In this document: positions 1 to 13,200 of the stretch, piece after piece
Numbering within the stretch: the stretch's first letter is position 1
Layout: every line of letters begins with the position of its first letter
NCBI RefSeq assembly: GCF_964204865.1
Contig: NC_135253.1
Location: forward strand, 13,268,001-13,332,000
DNA: 64,000 nucleotides
Direction: 5' to 3'
From: Styela clava
Lineage: Eukaryota
Notes under the pieces: model-generated
The model's database searches: none
Seen by the model: the letters and a program-made list of their open reading frames with translations, nothing else
What the model was told of the DNA's origin: nothing
Made by a program: the position numbers and the translations under genes

Positions 1-3000
1 TGCTGTTTTCGCTATGTAAAATTGCCGAAATCTTTGGAATATTTTTGAGCATCAATACATTTTCCTTGCGAGGAAACCACCTGTCAAAATTTTCTTGTCT
101 TTGCCTTGAATTTGCCAAATCCTTCATAATTTCGCTAAAATCAGCATCATAGATTATGTAAAAATCAATTATTTCAGTGAACACATCTTGCAAATAATTC
201 TTCACAATCATTTCTGTTCCATGTTTATCATCACAAAAACTCTTTAACTGTTGTTTGCCCCGCATCATCAAAAAAGTTTTGGTGAAAAATTTCTTTAGAA
301 TTACGGGGTCAAATTTATTAGATATATCGGCAAAAGTTAAAATCAATTTTGGAGTCATTTCTTCGATGTTCCTCAATTTATATTCATGGATACAATTGAC
401 CAGATGGTTTAGAGCAATTCGAAGTTGAGAAACATGCTTTATAATTTCAAAACTCACTGCTGCTTCTTTATTTTCTGATAAATGCTTCCAGGATTCTCGC
501 AATAATTGTTCACTCCAATCATAATCATTTTTTACTGAATCCTGATCACTGAAAATATTTTCAAAACCTTTCAATGCTGATAAAAGTATTGATTCATTCA
601 ATAGTCTGTCATTTTGAAGCAACTCATCAAATTGTTTTTCAAGGAATTCAGGTGATATTTTATACAAAAGTTGAAAGACACTGCTTTTCAGCTCAATGTC
701 AAAATTTAGTGCTGTTGTCTTCAGTTCTTTTTGTTCTCTAGAACAAGATGATACAAATATATCTTCAAAAATCCTTATTTTCTTCTCATGATCAGATGGA
801 TGTAAAATTTCAAAGCAAAAGTTGTGTAGGTATTCCAGGAAAAAACTTGTACACTTTTTTTGAAAATTTTTCAAATAATCCTCATGAACCTTTGTTAGAG
901 AAGGTGAATGAATGGAGAAATCTGATGGTAAACTTTCCGGACAAAGAGGACATAGCTTTATTTCCTGTGAAACAGCTATTTGCGCACAATCTTTGCAAAT
1001 GAATTCACCACATGGCATTTTGATTGGTACTTGTATTATTTTTCCGCATGGTATGCATCCAAGGCTCTTCCAGTCCACCATGAAATTCAACTGCAGATTC
1101 TCATAACATTTTCTCAAAATAACAGATGTTATTTTCAACACTTCAATACTATTAAATCCCATTCTTTGAACCCCATTAAACATTCTCATTGCTTGTTTTA
1201 CAACAACACTAACAAAGTTTGTATATTCTTGCATTTCATTGACATTAGGTAATAGATTCATCAAAAGCATATCGAGTAATGCAAGAGGCTTCCATTTCCC
1301 CTCCAAATCTTTTGTTCTTTCTTCAGAATGAGTTGATGAGATTATGGAATAGAATGTCTTTTTTATATTCGAAATAAGATTTAGCCATTCAATGCAACTT
1401 TCTGCATCATTTATTTTGCCAGCTTTACTATTTACCCAAGCCAATAAATCGTCAAGTGCCAACTGATGTATCAAAAATTCTGATGCTTTTTGCTGTTCTG
1501 TAAGCCACTGGTCAATATTTTTCCCAATGTCAGAACTTATTTTCAAAATATCAGAAATCATCTTCATTTCCTCAGAAAGTTGCATGAAAGTTAAAAATGT
1601 TATTGAAATACCATTCACACATCTATTCAAATCCAACCATTTTTGTTTCGAAATTTCAAACAAAACTTTCACCAATCCATCAAGTTCAGTCTGACTATTT
1701 GTACCATGCCTGAATAAAAATCTGACTACATCATAAGCATATGTTTCCATCATCTGTATGAATTTGTTAGCAGAATTCCACATTGAAAGCACTTTGACAA
1801 TTTCTTTTTCAGTTGATCTTTCAACAAAATTATAGAAAAAAATTTCATCTTTTCCACAGCTTATGGATGATTTATATAAATGCATCAATTTCTCATTGAT
1901 AACAAAGCTGAAAGGAAATTTGCAATCAAAATTATCAGTCAAATGTTTTGCTGTTCTTACCACAAATTCACCATTCTTAGCACTGGGGATTTTCATTTCT
2001 ATGATACTGAAGAGCTGTAGCCACAATTCAGTTCTCCATCCTGAACCATTCTCATTGCTGCTTGTAAGTAAAGAGAGATTATTGTTCTCATCTATAATGC
2101 TGATAACATACGCTAGCATATTTGCAACTCGTTGCTTCAAGCAAATGTGAATTGCCTTTCCAAACGTTCCACTTTCCTGCAATTTTTCAACAGAACAAGC
2201 TTCTGTGGTCAACCATTCCATAATATCATTGCTGTGGTGGCTTTCAAATGTAATCATCTTTTCAAATAGAATTTGTAAGAATGCTTTTCTAATATTTTCT
2301 AATGACTGACCAATAAAAAGTTGTTGAAGTATTTCAATACACTGCAGCTCTCTTCCATTACCATTTTCCTGACTTGTCAGATGTGACATTGACTCACATA
2401 TGCAATCCTGCAAAAGACAAATTATATGGGACCGACCGTCATTGCTTTCAGTACAAAGCATATTTTTGCCATCTAACAAAATATTACCAATACTCTTCTT
2501 ATACACACTGCTGATAAGTGTGGTATTTGTATTATTTTCTGAATGGCGCAGTTCATCAACGTATACTGCTTTGTATTTGTTTGTATGTTGAAGTATCAGG
2601 GTATTGTCATCATTGAATTTCTGATCAATGCCTCGCTCTGTTGACAGAAGGAACCCAATTAAAACCTTTTTAACCCGAAGGCTGTCTTCAGAAATTTGAG
2701 TGACGTTGTTCATGAAATGATGTTTTGCACATTCTACAAGTTTTCCATATTTATGAGCTTTTGAAATTTGAATTAGTAAGATTGCAACATTTTGTTTTGT
2801 TGTATCTTTTGAATTTTTCATGCATCTTACAAAAAAATCATTCAGCTTTTTTGTGTATTCTTCTTGAACTTTAAACTGTTGCAATGACAGCAACATTATA
2901 CTATTATCCACTAGATCAAGTTTGGTTTCCAGTTTTTTTCTGTCTTCTCCAGTCAGAATATTAGAGAAAGATACAATTTCAAAAACTTGAATTTTTGCCG

Positions 3001-4273
3001 GGCCATTGTTCATTGTATTCTGCAACAGATTAAACAAACAGTCATGTGTTTGCGTTTCCATATAAATCTGGAGTAGTTCTTTTTTTTCAGTAATACTCAA
3101 TCTTGTTTTGGAAAGTCTAAAAACAGAGTCTGCTGTCGCAACATTCAACATGACTTTTTTGAAAATGTTAGTTTCTTCCATCTCATCATGAGCCAAAATT
3201 ACTGAACTGGTTGTGTCTGAATGAAATCCCACAAATGCATCAGCCGAAGTGAATTTGTTTATTGTGGAAAATGTTTGGCACCATTTTTGAAGATTTTTAG
3301 ACAAGGCACACTGCTTTTCGCTCAATAAGCTCATACATAACAAGTGATGTTTTTCCAGGCGATTGATTAGTGCTATAGGATATCTGTCTCTCACTATTTC
3401 CTTCTTTTCAACTATGATGATTCTGAAATTATCATGTATGCGACTCCAAACTCTGTGAGACCCAACCCCAATGGCTACATAGTTTCGTCCACCAAATTTC
3501 ACATACTGCTGATTCAAGACATCATAGAGTGCTTCATGGATTTTGGACATATTCAAAAGTACAACTGTTAGCCCAGTTTCCATACACGCTTTAATGCGAT
3601 TTATAATTCTGCAAAACCAGGTGTATGAGTTATCTCCTGGAAAACTAGATCCAAACAGCACTTTTACAGAGGTATTAAAATCTGGCATAATGTGGTGTAA
3701 TAGATTGACAGAAGAATGATCCGATGTCAAGAGCAAAAGAAAACGAGTATGAAAACTTTGAAGATTGTCAGCAATCAAACTTTTCAAACTGACGGCAGAT
3801 ACAAAATCTTCTTTCAGTGAAAAATGTTTCAAAGCAGCATCTTTCAAATTTTGCAAATGTGCACAATCTCCTCCACTAAAATTTCTTAAAAGCATGTAAG
3901 CAAAATCTTGATTATTTAACATGCGATCTTCTTTTGACATCTTGCAAAGCATTTTTATAAGACTATAATAATCACGCAAACCAAAATACAGGATATTCTG
4001 ATGTTGATAAATATCAAGATATGTCTTGGTCAATTTTTCCAAGACTGAATGATATTCATTTGCTTTGTTTTGACTTCCTTCAAAAATGCCTTCAGCAGTA
4101 CGAGAAAGATCATCTTCACTAGGTACATTTCTTGAAACAAAGATTCCTCTGTTCATTTTCGCAGGATCCAAAGCCCAGTTTGATATTCCAATAAAAGCAA
4201 CTTTTTTATCCTCATCGAATTCAGTAAGTGTTCCACTACTTGCACTTCCACATTCCAACAATGGATGCAGGAT
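1..4273 (-). CDS. RNF213: Giant exon (>4.27 kb): AAA5/6, hinge, E3 back/shell and RING of the RNF213-like protein
   Basis: Acceptor AG at 4274-4275. Reads ILHPLLECG...VAFIGISNWALDPAKMNRG...YPIALINRLEKH...AFVGFHSDTTSSVIL...WLTTEACSVEKLQESGTF...RING. Frame spot-checked as open near 900-1200 and at the window edge; it is absent from the ORF track, consistent with no stop inside the window. Confidence 0.9.
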   Translation of the reverse strand, partial: MLHPLLECGSASSGTLTEFDEDKKVAFIGISNWALDPAKMNRGIFVSRNVPSEDDLSRTAEGIFEGSQNKANEYHSVLEKLTKTYLDIYQHQNILYFGLRDYYSLIKMLCKMSKEDRMLNNQDFAYMLLRNFSGGDCAHLQNLKDAALKHFSLKEDFVSAVSLKSLIADNLQSFHTRFLLLLTSDHSSVNLLHHIMPDFNTSVKVLFGSSFPGDNSYTWFCRIINRIKACMETGLTVVLLNMSKIHEALYDVLNQQYVKFGGRNYVAIGVGSHRVWSRIHDNFRIIIVEKKEIVRDRYPIALINRLEKHHLLCMSLLSEKQCALSKNLQKWCQTFSTINKFTSADAFVGFHSDTTSSVILAHDEMEETNIFKKVMLNVATADSVFRLSKTRLSITEKKELLQIYMETQTHDCLFNLLQNTMNNGPAKIQVFEIVSFSNILTGEDRKKLETKLDLVDNSIMLLSLQQFKVQEEYTKKLNDFFVRCMKNSKDTTKQNVAILLIQISKAHKYGKLVECAKHHFMNNVTQISEDSLRVKKVLIGFLLSTERGIDQKFNDDNTLILQHTNKYKAVYVDELRHSENNTNTTLISSVYKKSIGNILLDGKNMLCTESNDGRSHIICLLQDCICESMSHLTSQENGNGRELQCIEILQQLFIGQSLENIRKAFLQILFEKMITFESHHSNDIMEWLTTEACSVEKLQESGTFGKAIHICLKQRVANMLAYVISIIDENNNLSLLTSSNENGSGWRTELWLQLFSIIEMKIPSAKNGEFVVRTAKHLTDNFDCKFPFSFVINEKLMHLYKSSISCGKDEIFFYNFVERSTEKEIVKVLSMWNSANKFIQMMETYAYDVVRFLFRHGTNSQTELDGLVKVLFEISKQKWLDLNRCVNGISITFLTFMQLSEEMKMISDILKISSDIGKNIDQWLTEQQKASEFLIHQLALDDLLAWVNSKAGKINDAESCIEWLNLISNIKKTFYSIISSTHSEERTKDLEGKWKPLALLDMLLMNLLPNVNEMQEYTNFVSVVVKQAMRMFNGVQRMGFNSIEVLKITSVILRKCYENLQLNFMVDWKSLGCIPCGKIIQVPIKMPCGEFICKDCAQIAVSQEIKLCPLCPESLPSDFSIHSPSLTKVHEDYLKNFQKKCTSFFLEYLHNFCFEILHPSDHEKKIRIFEDIFVSSCSREQKELKTTALNFDIELKSSVFQLLYKISPEFLEKQFDELLQNDRLLNESILLSALKGFENIFSDQDSVKNDYDWSEQLLRESWKHLSENKEAAVSFEIIKHVSQLRIALNHLVNCIHEYKLRNIEEMTPKLILTFADISNKFDPVILKKFFTKTFLMMRGKQQLKSFCDDKHGTEMIVKNYLQDVFTEIIDFYIIYDADFSEIMKDLANSRQRQENFDRWFPRKENVLMLKNIPKISAILHSENS

Positions 4274-7200
4274 CTAGGCAGGATGAAATCATTTATTAAA
4301 AACAATGCAAAACAGATTTTTCGAAAATAAAAAGCATACACTCACCTTAAGAGGCATATTTGGAGAGTCTTCAGCGAGACCTATTTCATCAAGGACCACA
4401 AGTGTACCAAATTTACTTAAATCTTTATTCTTTTGGCGCTCTGCCGCACAAGAAAAAACTTTTTCTATTCCGCTTGCTTCAGTTAGAGCGCTGCATTGAA
4501 AAATCAAAAATTCCATCTGAATAATAATATATTGCAATCAAATATAAATACCAAAAGTGAATTCCTTAATTTATTCAATGTCTAGTACCTTCTTTAAACT
4601 CCTACAAAGACTTGAAGTAGATGATGAACCTTTCATATTCGCTTCCACAATTGTTTTCGATAGTGATTTAGAACTACCAGGTTTTCCGACTAGATATAAA
4701 GGAAGCTTGGCATCAGCACAGATTGTCATGAGATACACATTTTCACACAGAGCTTCATTCCAGGCCACATTTTCCATACTTTTCAAATTACGATGAAATA
4801 GTGTTTGACAAGAAACGAATTCCTCCTTGATTTCAAAAGGTGATAAATGGATATTTATTTGTTCCAATACATGAGACAATTCCATCCTGAAGTTTTGTCT
4901 TTTTTCTAAAGATACATGATATGTGATGTCAATAGCATAAAGAAGAGAACGTAAACTATCTGAAATATCGATTGTTTGAGAATCTGGCTGTCTGTTTTTT
5001 CTTCTCTTTTTCAAGATGTCTTGAATCTTGGGATAAATTTCTTTGTTCTTGAAAAACCACTTGTAGAGTTTTAGTGTTCTTTCAACATCTCGAAGACTTA
5101 CATATCTAAAAAAAACATATTAAAAATGAAAACATGATAAATGCATTTTTAGACTGTTTCGTTTGATCAATTTTAGTTTTCCCACCTGCATTCATCTTCC
5201 TGTTTCTTCATATAAGCTTGAGCTCTCGAGAGAACCAAATTAATTGTAGCTTTATCTTCAATGGTTATCGCAAGTTCCGAGCTTAGCTTATCTGTCATTT
5301 TTTCAATATAAATCTGCTCTGTCTCATTAGATAATTGTCCAAAGTCCCAAACAAATGGTTGTATGCTGGGAGGGAGAGCAACAACTTTATACACTAGTGT
5401 ACGCATGGCAATATTTCCAACACATTTATTCGAATCTTTCGAAGAAACACGATAACCAAGCCCTGATGATTCCAACTTTTTAATAGCTTCAGGTGATAAT
5501 TGCTTGTATGGGTTACATGCTGCTACAATCTGTATATTTGATTCTTCAAATGATTTTCCATCAATGGTCAAGTCACACATGACTTCTTTGATAGCATAAA
5601 TTGCTATAGTTGTATTTGCTTCATCATAAAATAAGATTTTCATTTTGTTTGGTACCATGGTTGTATTATTCAGAGCCTCGTTGACACTTTTATGAATATC
5701 CTCAACTCCAATTCCCCCATGTATTTTCAAGGTCTGCATTTGATTTCCTTCCTTTTTCTTTCCCATCATTAAACTGTTCATGAATTCAATCATTCTAGTT
5801 TTTCCACATCCAGTTTCTCCCATGATGATCACAGGAATTTTACATCTGAATCTCATATATATAGCGATCATTTTGAGAACATTATCAGTTGTCAACTCAT
5901 ACGAAGGGTCAGGATCAAAAACAGTTTTAGAATCTGGATTATTAACTCCCATTATTAAACATAGTTTCTTGATCATTTCTGTCCTTGAAAGTTTGTGAAA
6001 GTTGTGTCCAAGTTCAATACCTTGTGCACCAAGTCCAGCAACAAGGTCTGGGGTAGTTATTCCTTCCTGCACCAATTGTTGGTTTTTATCAAGTAAATTG
6101 CCATATTTATCAATGTTGACATTAATGAAACTCATAGAAACCCTGTCGTCATTGAAAAACACATAGGGATGCTCATATTCTTCCCATTTTCTACGTAGTT
6201 GATGAGCTTCAAATATATCCTGGTCCTCTCCATCGTTGGCACTTTCGTCAGATATATAAAGAGAAGGTGTGGCAAAATCTTGAGACATCCTTATCATAAA
6301 TTTCACAGCTAAGTTTTTCAGACCTTTTAATTCATGTTCCATCATTTGACAAAAGACAGATTCTTCACAACTGACAAGTTGGGTGTTGAGAAAGCTAACA
6401 AAGTGTTTCATTTGTCCCCATGAAGGATTATTCATTCCACAATGTCGTAATAGTACTTCAACACATTTTCCATAACCTGACTGATTTAGTGATTCTGAGT
6501 TTGGAGCGTAATTTTCGGTAATATCTTCATTTTTCTCATGACGTTGTAGATAATAATAAGGCCTTTGGAAAATATCTGAATTGAGCTCTTCAATATCCAC
6601 TATAACTTTATTGTCAGAAATATCATTTGCAAGGTTCTTAATAACCTGCACAGGTGAAATGCACTCAATGCTTGGAAGAAGTTCCAGTGTATGAGAATAG
6701 CCAACCTAGCATAAAAATGATATGCTATAACAATAACCAACCAAAATTAATTCATTCGTATATACTTATTATCAATAATGAACTTACAGCACAGGATGGA
6801 CGCTTTTTCATTTCAATGTAATATGAGTGCTCTTGTCGACACCTCCATACCTTTCCTGTAGAATCAGTAATCATACCCAAGATAAGAAGATCAAACATGA
6901 ACTTTTCAATTCCAATTTCAACCTGTTGAAAAAATATAGAAAAATAATATTAAAACACAATATATCATTGATTTATCACAGTGTTCTTCAACTTTTTTGT
7001 TATTGTGGAACCCCTGATATAATTTTTCGTTTTTTATGGAACCCCAATTAACAAAATGAAAAAACAACACAAAATACTCGTAACACGAAATATTTGTAAT
7101 TCAAATATTCCTACTTCAACAACAAACAGAAAGAAGGTTCCAAGCGTGGAATTCAATGACTAGGTTGTTTTTGCATTTTCTTTGAAATCTACTTGAATCG

Positions 7201-10200
7201 TGGCTCCACGGCGCTCAATACAATTCTGATACTCATGTCTACACTCTATAGGATAGGATTTACATATTTATTCCAGGGGAGAGGAAAGTCGATAAGACGG
7301 CTTATCCATATGGCGAACCACGGCCTCTGGTCCGGTTACCATTCCAAGTCGGGTATGGGATTAGATTTACTGTATTGTTTGTTTTCGGAAGCATGGACTT
7401 AGTGGTGGAGGAAGCCGTAACCGACCAGCGGTTACGTGAACCACCCAACGACGGCGAGGAGTCCAGCAATCCTCTCGCACATAACCATCCCTGCATGGGA
7501 TTTGAACCTGCGAACCCACGAAGAGTAGTTAGAGGTGCGGTGGCGAGCGTATTCCTAACGCTTAGCCCGTTGAGCCACACTGCCGCGCCTATAAACAACT
7601 CCTTCTTTTGTTTTTAATAGTTGTTGAAGCAGAAAATGCTGATTCACACAAATAGGTAGATATTTGTTCATATAAGTCAATATGAAGTCACTAACAAATC
7701 TTGATCAGTATTCACTGCTCCTAGGAAAGAATCTTTTTGCTGGCATGCGCCGCTTTTCATATGTTTAAAGTATGAAATAGCCTTTGAAAAAGTCTTTGTC
7801 ATGTACGAAGGATGACTGGCTTCCAAGTGTCTTTGTAATTTAGCTGGAGCTAGTGCCGAATTAGAGAGTCTCTTACTGCAAATTAGACATACGGGCTGTG
7901 GAGCTGCATTCAGAATCTGGTCATCGGGCAAAAAGAAGCCATATTTCAAATATGTTTCATCCCATTTTCTAACTCTGGCAATTGAATTACATTTGTTTTG
8001 CTTCGGAGGAGGAGCAAGTGCCTCTTTTTGCATTTGAACTACTTTGCTCATTGCCGTCCTGACCTTCACCGTTATTATTGTTGCGCCTCACAAAAGAAAA
8101 TATACTATTTTGCTTCATCTGTATTGACTAAATATTGAAAAGTTGGGTTTCACACTAGGCTATTTTCACTATAGTCCAACAAAAGCTGAACAACAACTCT
8201 AGTTTGTAGTACATACCTACTCTCTCTAGTCTCGAGCAATATCTACATACTTTGAACATAATGTAACTATGGTGCAACAATAGCGTTCTTGTTAGTTGCA
8301 TAACAATGACCAAAGTGACACAACAACGAAAATATTTTTGTTTTGTCTATTAACTGCACTGTGACTAAACCTCACGTATAATGAACTGGCCTACTTGGAG
8401 TTTGAATGAGACACGGTGGTCTAAGAATTTATATTGTATTGCATCAACATGCTAAAGCAAGAAATGATTTTCCCTGAAAAGAAAAAAAACGCGGAACCCC
8501 TAAGGAACCCTATAAACTCACGGAACACCACTGCATGTATTGCATAACCCTAGGGTTCCGCGAAACCCCTGTTGAAGAGCACTGATTTATCACCATGTTT
8601 ATATAATTAATATAAACTTGCCAAAACAGACAAAACAACAAACTGTTTAAAATGTATCTGGTAATTCTCCTTTATTCAAATAGAAATTTACTCACAGCTG
8701 GCGTTAGATCAAAATGTATCAATTGATTCTGTTCATTGTGTTGAATATCCATGTAGAGTCTTTTAATAACTTTTTCAATATTGATATGCCTCTCCAGAAG
8801 ACGAATAGTTGTGGTCGACGTGTTTTTTTCAACATTTTCAAAGATTTTTTTCACATAGAGTGATTTACCTTAAAAACAAGTAATACAATTTAAAAAGTAA
8901 CAACAAAATTTTCAAATCAAACTCTACAAATAAGAGCCAAAAGGTAGGAGTGAAGAGCCCGAGAAATGAAATATGTCCACCAAGTGCGAAAGAAAGTCCA
9001 GTGCTCTTTATAAATTTGTTGAAATCAAATATGGGCATTCACTCGAAGTCTAATGAAGTCACCAAAATCGCTTTGCCATAATTATTAACACTATCCATGC
9101 CATAGAAATATATATACAAAGGCATGAAATAGTCAATGAATTTTATCTAGTATTATTTTATCTAGTATCTTTTATTTATCTAGTATGGCCAGAGTACATA
9201 TTAACCGCAGATCAATGGCAAAATTATATTGAGAATGACTGTTGCCATCTCGCCTGGTTTTAATTTTCTCCGGTAAATTGATTAAAGGATGCGGGAAATC
9301 AACTTATCAAACATGGTCAATTTGTAAATGCACCATAAACCGCATAATTCGTACCAAGTGGACAGACGGAATTAACCCACATGCTGTGTCACACCCGGCC
9401 TACAAAGATTAGATAATTTTCTATCAGCGGCATACTACGTTTAAATATAGCTAATGTGTGATTGCTAAATATATCAAAGATAAACACGAATAGTTTCATT
9501 GCAATTGGTTGTATTTCATTTTTGCATTTGTGTGCTTCAATTATGTCGCAGTAAGAAATCGAATGGGCAGAACACAACTCTGAATAGCAAGATGGCACAA
9601 GGATAAGGATTTACATATTTATCCCGGGGGGAGAGGAAAGCCAATTAGATGGTTTAACCATATGGCGAACCCCGGCCTCTCGTCTGGTTACCATCCCATG
9701 TCAGGTATGGGATTAGTTAGTTATTTGTTTCGAAAGCATGAAGGAAGCCGTAACCGACCAGCATTTACATAAACCACCCTACAGTGGCGAGGAGTCCAAC
9801 AATCTTTTCGCACATAACCATCTCGCATGGGATTCGATCATGCGAACCCACGCAGAGTAATTAGAGGTGCGGTGGTGAACGTATTCCTAACGCTTAGCAC
9901 AATGAGCCACACCGCCGCGCCTAGCACTTCACCTATGAAATTTCAACTCTACGACCTAATACCCAAAATGTGTGAAATAACAAACTTGAATATGAGTTTT
10001 TCTGTGTCTAGAGAATGATTGAACGCTAACTCGAACTAATAACCTTTAGAATTACCGTTTTCTTGTTGTTTTTCTAGCAAAGCAATACCACGATCAGTGT
10101 GATAATTGACATAGTTACCAAGAATTTGAATAAACATTCAAAATGCAACAAATGTAATTAATTCCGGTATTAACAGTCGCTATTGACACTTTCAGGATCA

Positions 10201-13200
10201 GAATTTGACAGCTAAGCATATGAATGCTCATATGAGACCATCGGCAGCAAATGGTTAAACGTTTCTGTTTATTTACCAATACGTATTTGTATGTAGTGGT
10301 GTCAGTTAATGGCCGTTGCGCCTTGTAGTACAATAAGTATGCATTCTTTACTACGTTATTTATATATTACTATTGTTATTTATATTGCGTTTGGTTGTCA
10401 TCAAATTATAAGTCTCAGTTGAAGGTTGCAATCTACCAAATAATATCGCTAAAACAGGTGGTACTTTTGCATGCGTTAATTAAACAGTTATGTTTGACTG
10501 ATGACCTAGTTTGCATTAAATAATTCACCAATGCTTGATAGATCTAAGTGACCGAAAACTGATGATATCACTAGGTTCACCCCTTCTCCGAATGAAAAAG
10601 GAAATACGAGAGGGAATAAATAAGAGAGAAGCTCTCTTGTTTTAAACATGACACTCAATGGTAAAAATCAAAAACTTGACCATGGCACAGATAGTGCTAA
10701 AGAAAGCAATATTTTAACTATAAACTTACCAACACCAGATCTTATAGATTGGACAACTTGAGCATAACGACCATTTGCAGAAGTGTCATTAGACATATTT
10801 GAAGATACATATTCAGAGAGTATCTTTTCTTCAAATGAAGGAATTTTTTCAATTTGGAACTGAATTAACAGAAAAAAGCTATAATTTTTTTTACCTTTGC
10901 TGGAAAAATATATCTTTAACTCGTATGTGACTAATACAGGAAAAAACAACACACAGAGCTTCCTGAATTATGGCAAAAACGTAAATGGAGCTTGAACCAT
11001 GAAAAATTACAGTATACTAATAACAAAAATAAAAAATAATTTTTTTTTTATTGGAAACAGGACTTTGAATACATAGGCAAAAAATGATTTTGGCTATTAA
11101 TTGCAAAATTTTTTTTTTTATTAGAAATAGGACTTTGAATACATAGGCAAAAAGTGATTTTGGCAATTTGGCTACTAATTGCAAATATCATAAAACAAAG
11201 ATTATATTTTACATAAAAAACATCAGAAATTGTTTCGTTCACTCTATATCTACAAAATTAAAGCAATTTGTTTAACATGGTATTGGTATAAAATCATTCT
11301 TCACCTTATCAAAGAGAGCTGTAATGTAATGTTGAGGATCACTCGATATTATGACAAGCTGGAATTTTTTTCTCACATACTGGCCAGCATGAATTAAGAA
11401 ACCATACATAGCTTCAAGAGCTTTTGAAACATTCAAATCCAGTTTATGTGCGCAAGCAAGACAAAAGAGTGGATCCGCTGCAAAATATAACACAAAATTA
11501 CATTTTCAAATTTATTCTTATATAAAAATGATATTTTATATTATGAAGGTCAAATATCTTTCTAAAAAAATTTGTAGTTGATAGAGAAATGCACCAAGTC
11601 TAACAGCTTTTATAAACTAAAAAAAATACAAAAAAGGTTGAAATAAAAGTTGATTCAATACTGTCGCTAACAGATTAAACAAATAGGTACATTTTAGCCC
11701 AGGGCAGATTTTGATCTAAAGTGCAGTATAGAAGAACTGAATCTCATTGTGTTATGTTTATTAAAACATAGTTTTAAAAGCATTTGAATTTTTCAACATG
11801 GAGAACTTTCTGATTTAACTTCCTATAGTCATAGAAAAACAGGGTAAATGTAACCGAAAGTTTCGAATAAAATAATGGTAGAAAAGTAAGTTGCTTTATT
11901 AATGAAACATCTTTTATGCCTTGCAAAACTGTTCACGGACTCCATGTATATATGCTTTATGCCAGGGTTGGGCAAATATTTTTCTGATTGGGCCGGATGC
12001 GAATAATAGACTCGATTACTGGGCCGGATGATAAAAACTCAATATGATCAAAAACGGTTCATTTGCAAATAACTAACCACAATGAGGGTGACAAATACGG
12101 CAGATGCACAGAGAAAGTTGATAGAAAAAGAAGCTCAGCAGCTAAGCTAAGATTTATAATAACTAAAGAAAACACAATGTAACATAATGAGGTCATCATG
12201 TTATTTGATAAATTCAAAGGTTGTATGATATCAATAGAGTAAATAATTCACCATTCCCGTCGGTTACAAAAGATTACTGTAACCTTTGATTTCGATTTGA
12301 TGACAGGTAGGTTTGTCAAGTCAATGTGCTTCACAAAACACCAGTCTATCAGTCAAGCGCCCGTTGATTCTCAAACTTTCTTTGTACGACCGCTCCCATA
12401 CTATACTTTGTATGTTAGCATCCACCAAAAAAATAACTACAACAAAACATCAAGTTACAAACAAATTTAATGCAAATCAATCAAGAAATATCATGAGCAT
12501 AGTACATGATATTTTTATTAAGATGGATGAATTTTAACAAGGTTTTTTAAATTTGAAGACGTTTTCATGGGGGTGAAATCTCAATTCATCCTCATCATCA
12601 TTCTTCGATTTGATTTGGACACTTTTTCACCAAATATGATGTTAGAAATGAAGAATCAACAGTTCTACTTTGCTATACTACTATATTTTCGGTACATTTC
12701 ACGAGGAAACAGTCATCGCGATTACGCCATTTGACTTTTTCGGTGATGATGTTTTCGTTGTTGCGCAAACTATTCAGTCCATGGCAGATACAATCATTGA
12801 AATTGCCTCATCATATTCATTCAGTAATTTACAACAAAAATTGCCATAGCGCCGAGTTACAATAAATGAAAGTATTACTATTCTGAAATGATTCATTACA
12901 ATAAAGTAAAAGCATTAAAACTCTAAACTAACAGTGAAAAGACGAAATATTTGGGAACCGCTGAACTATGCTATAGTTTGCGATCAAAAGTCCAAGTTCA
13001 TATAGTTCACTGGCATAATTCCAATCTTCACGGCATAAACACCCATGTCATGTTGAAGAAAACAATCGGTGATTTTAACTTATATTTTCTCACCGGGAAT
13101 GCGCAATTGCTCCCTGCCACCCTGTGTCCTATCTCTTTTGCTCCCCTTGGGGCAATATTGCCCCTTTGAAAATCGCTGTACTAGACAAAAGGTAAGAACA

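Larger units (their letters stand above)
6979..8584 (-). mobile_element. Internally deleted hAT (Buster-group) DNA transposon
   Basis: TIRs CAGTGTTCTTCAAC / GTTGAAGAGCACTG; 8-bp TSD ATTTATCA (6971-6978, 8585-8592; nnnTAnnn Buster pattern). Confidence 0.9.

Noticed and set aside
748-5998. Short plus-strand ORFs
   Set aside because: Antisense shadows of RNF213 exons with no motifs; the same applies to shadows over the LINE, Penelope and BEL ORFs.
7490-7589. tRNA gene
   Set aside because: No acceptor stem; continues into a repeated body and tail, so it is a SINE head.
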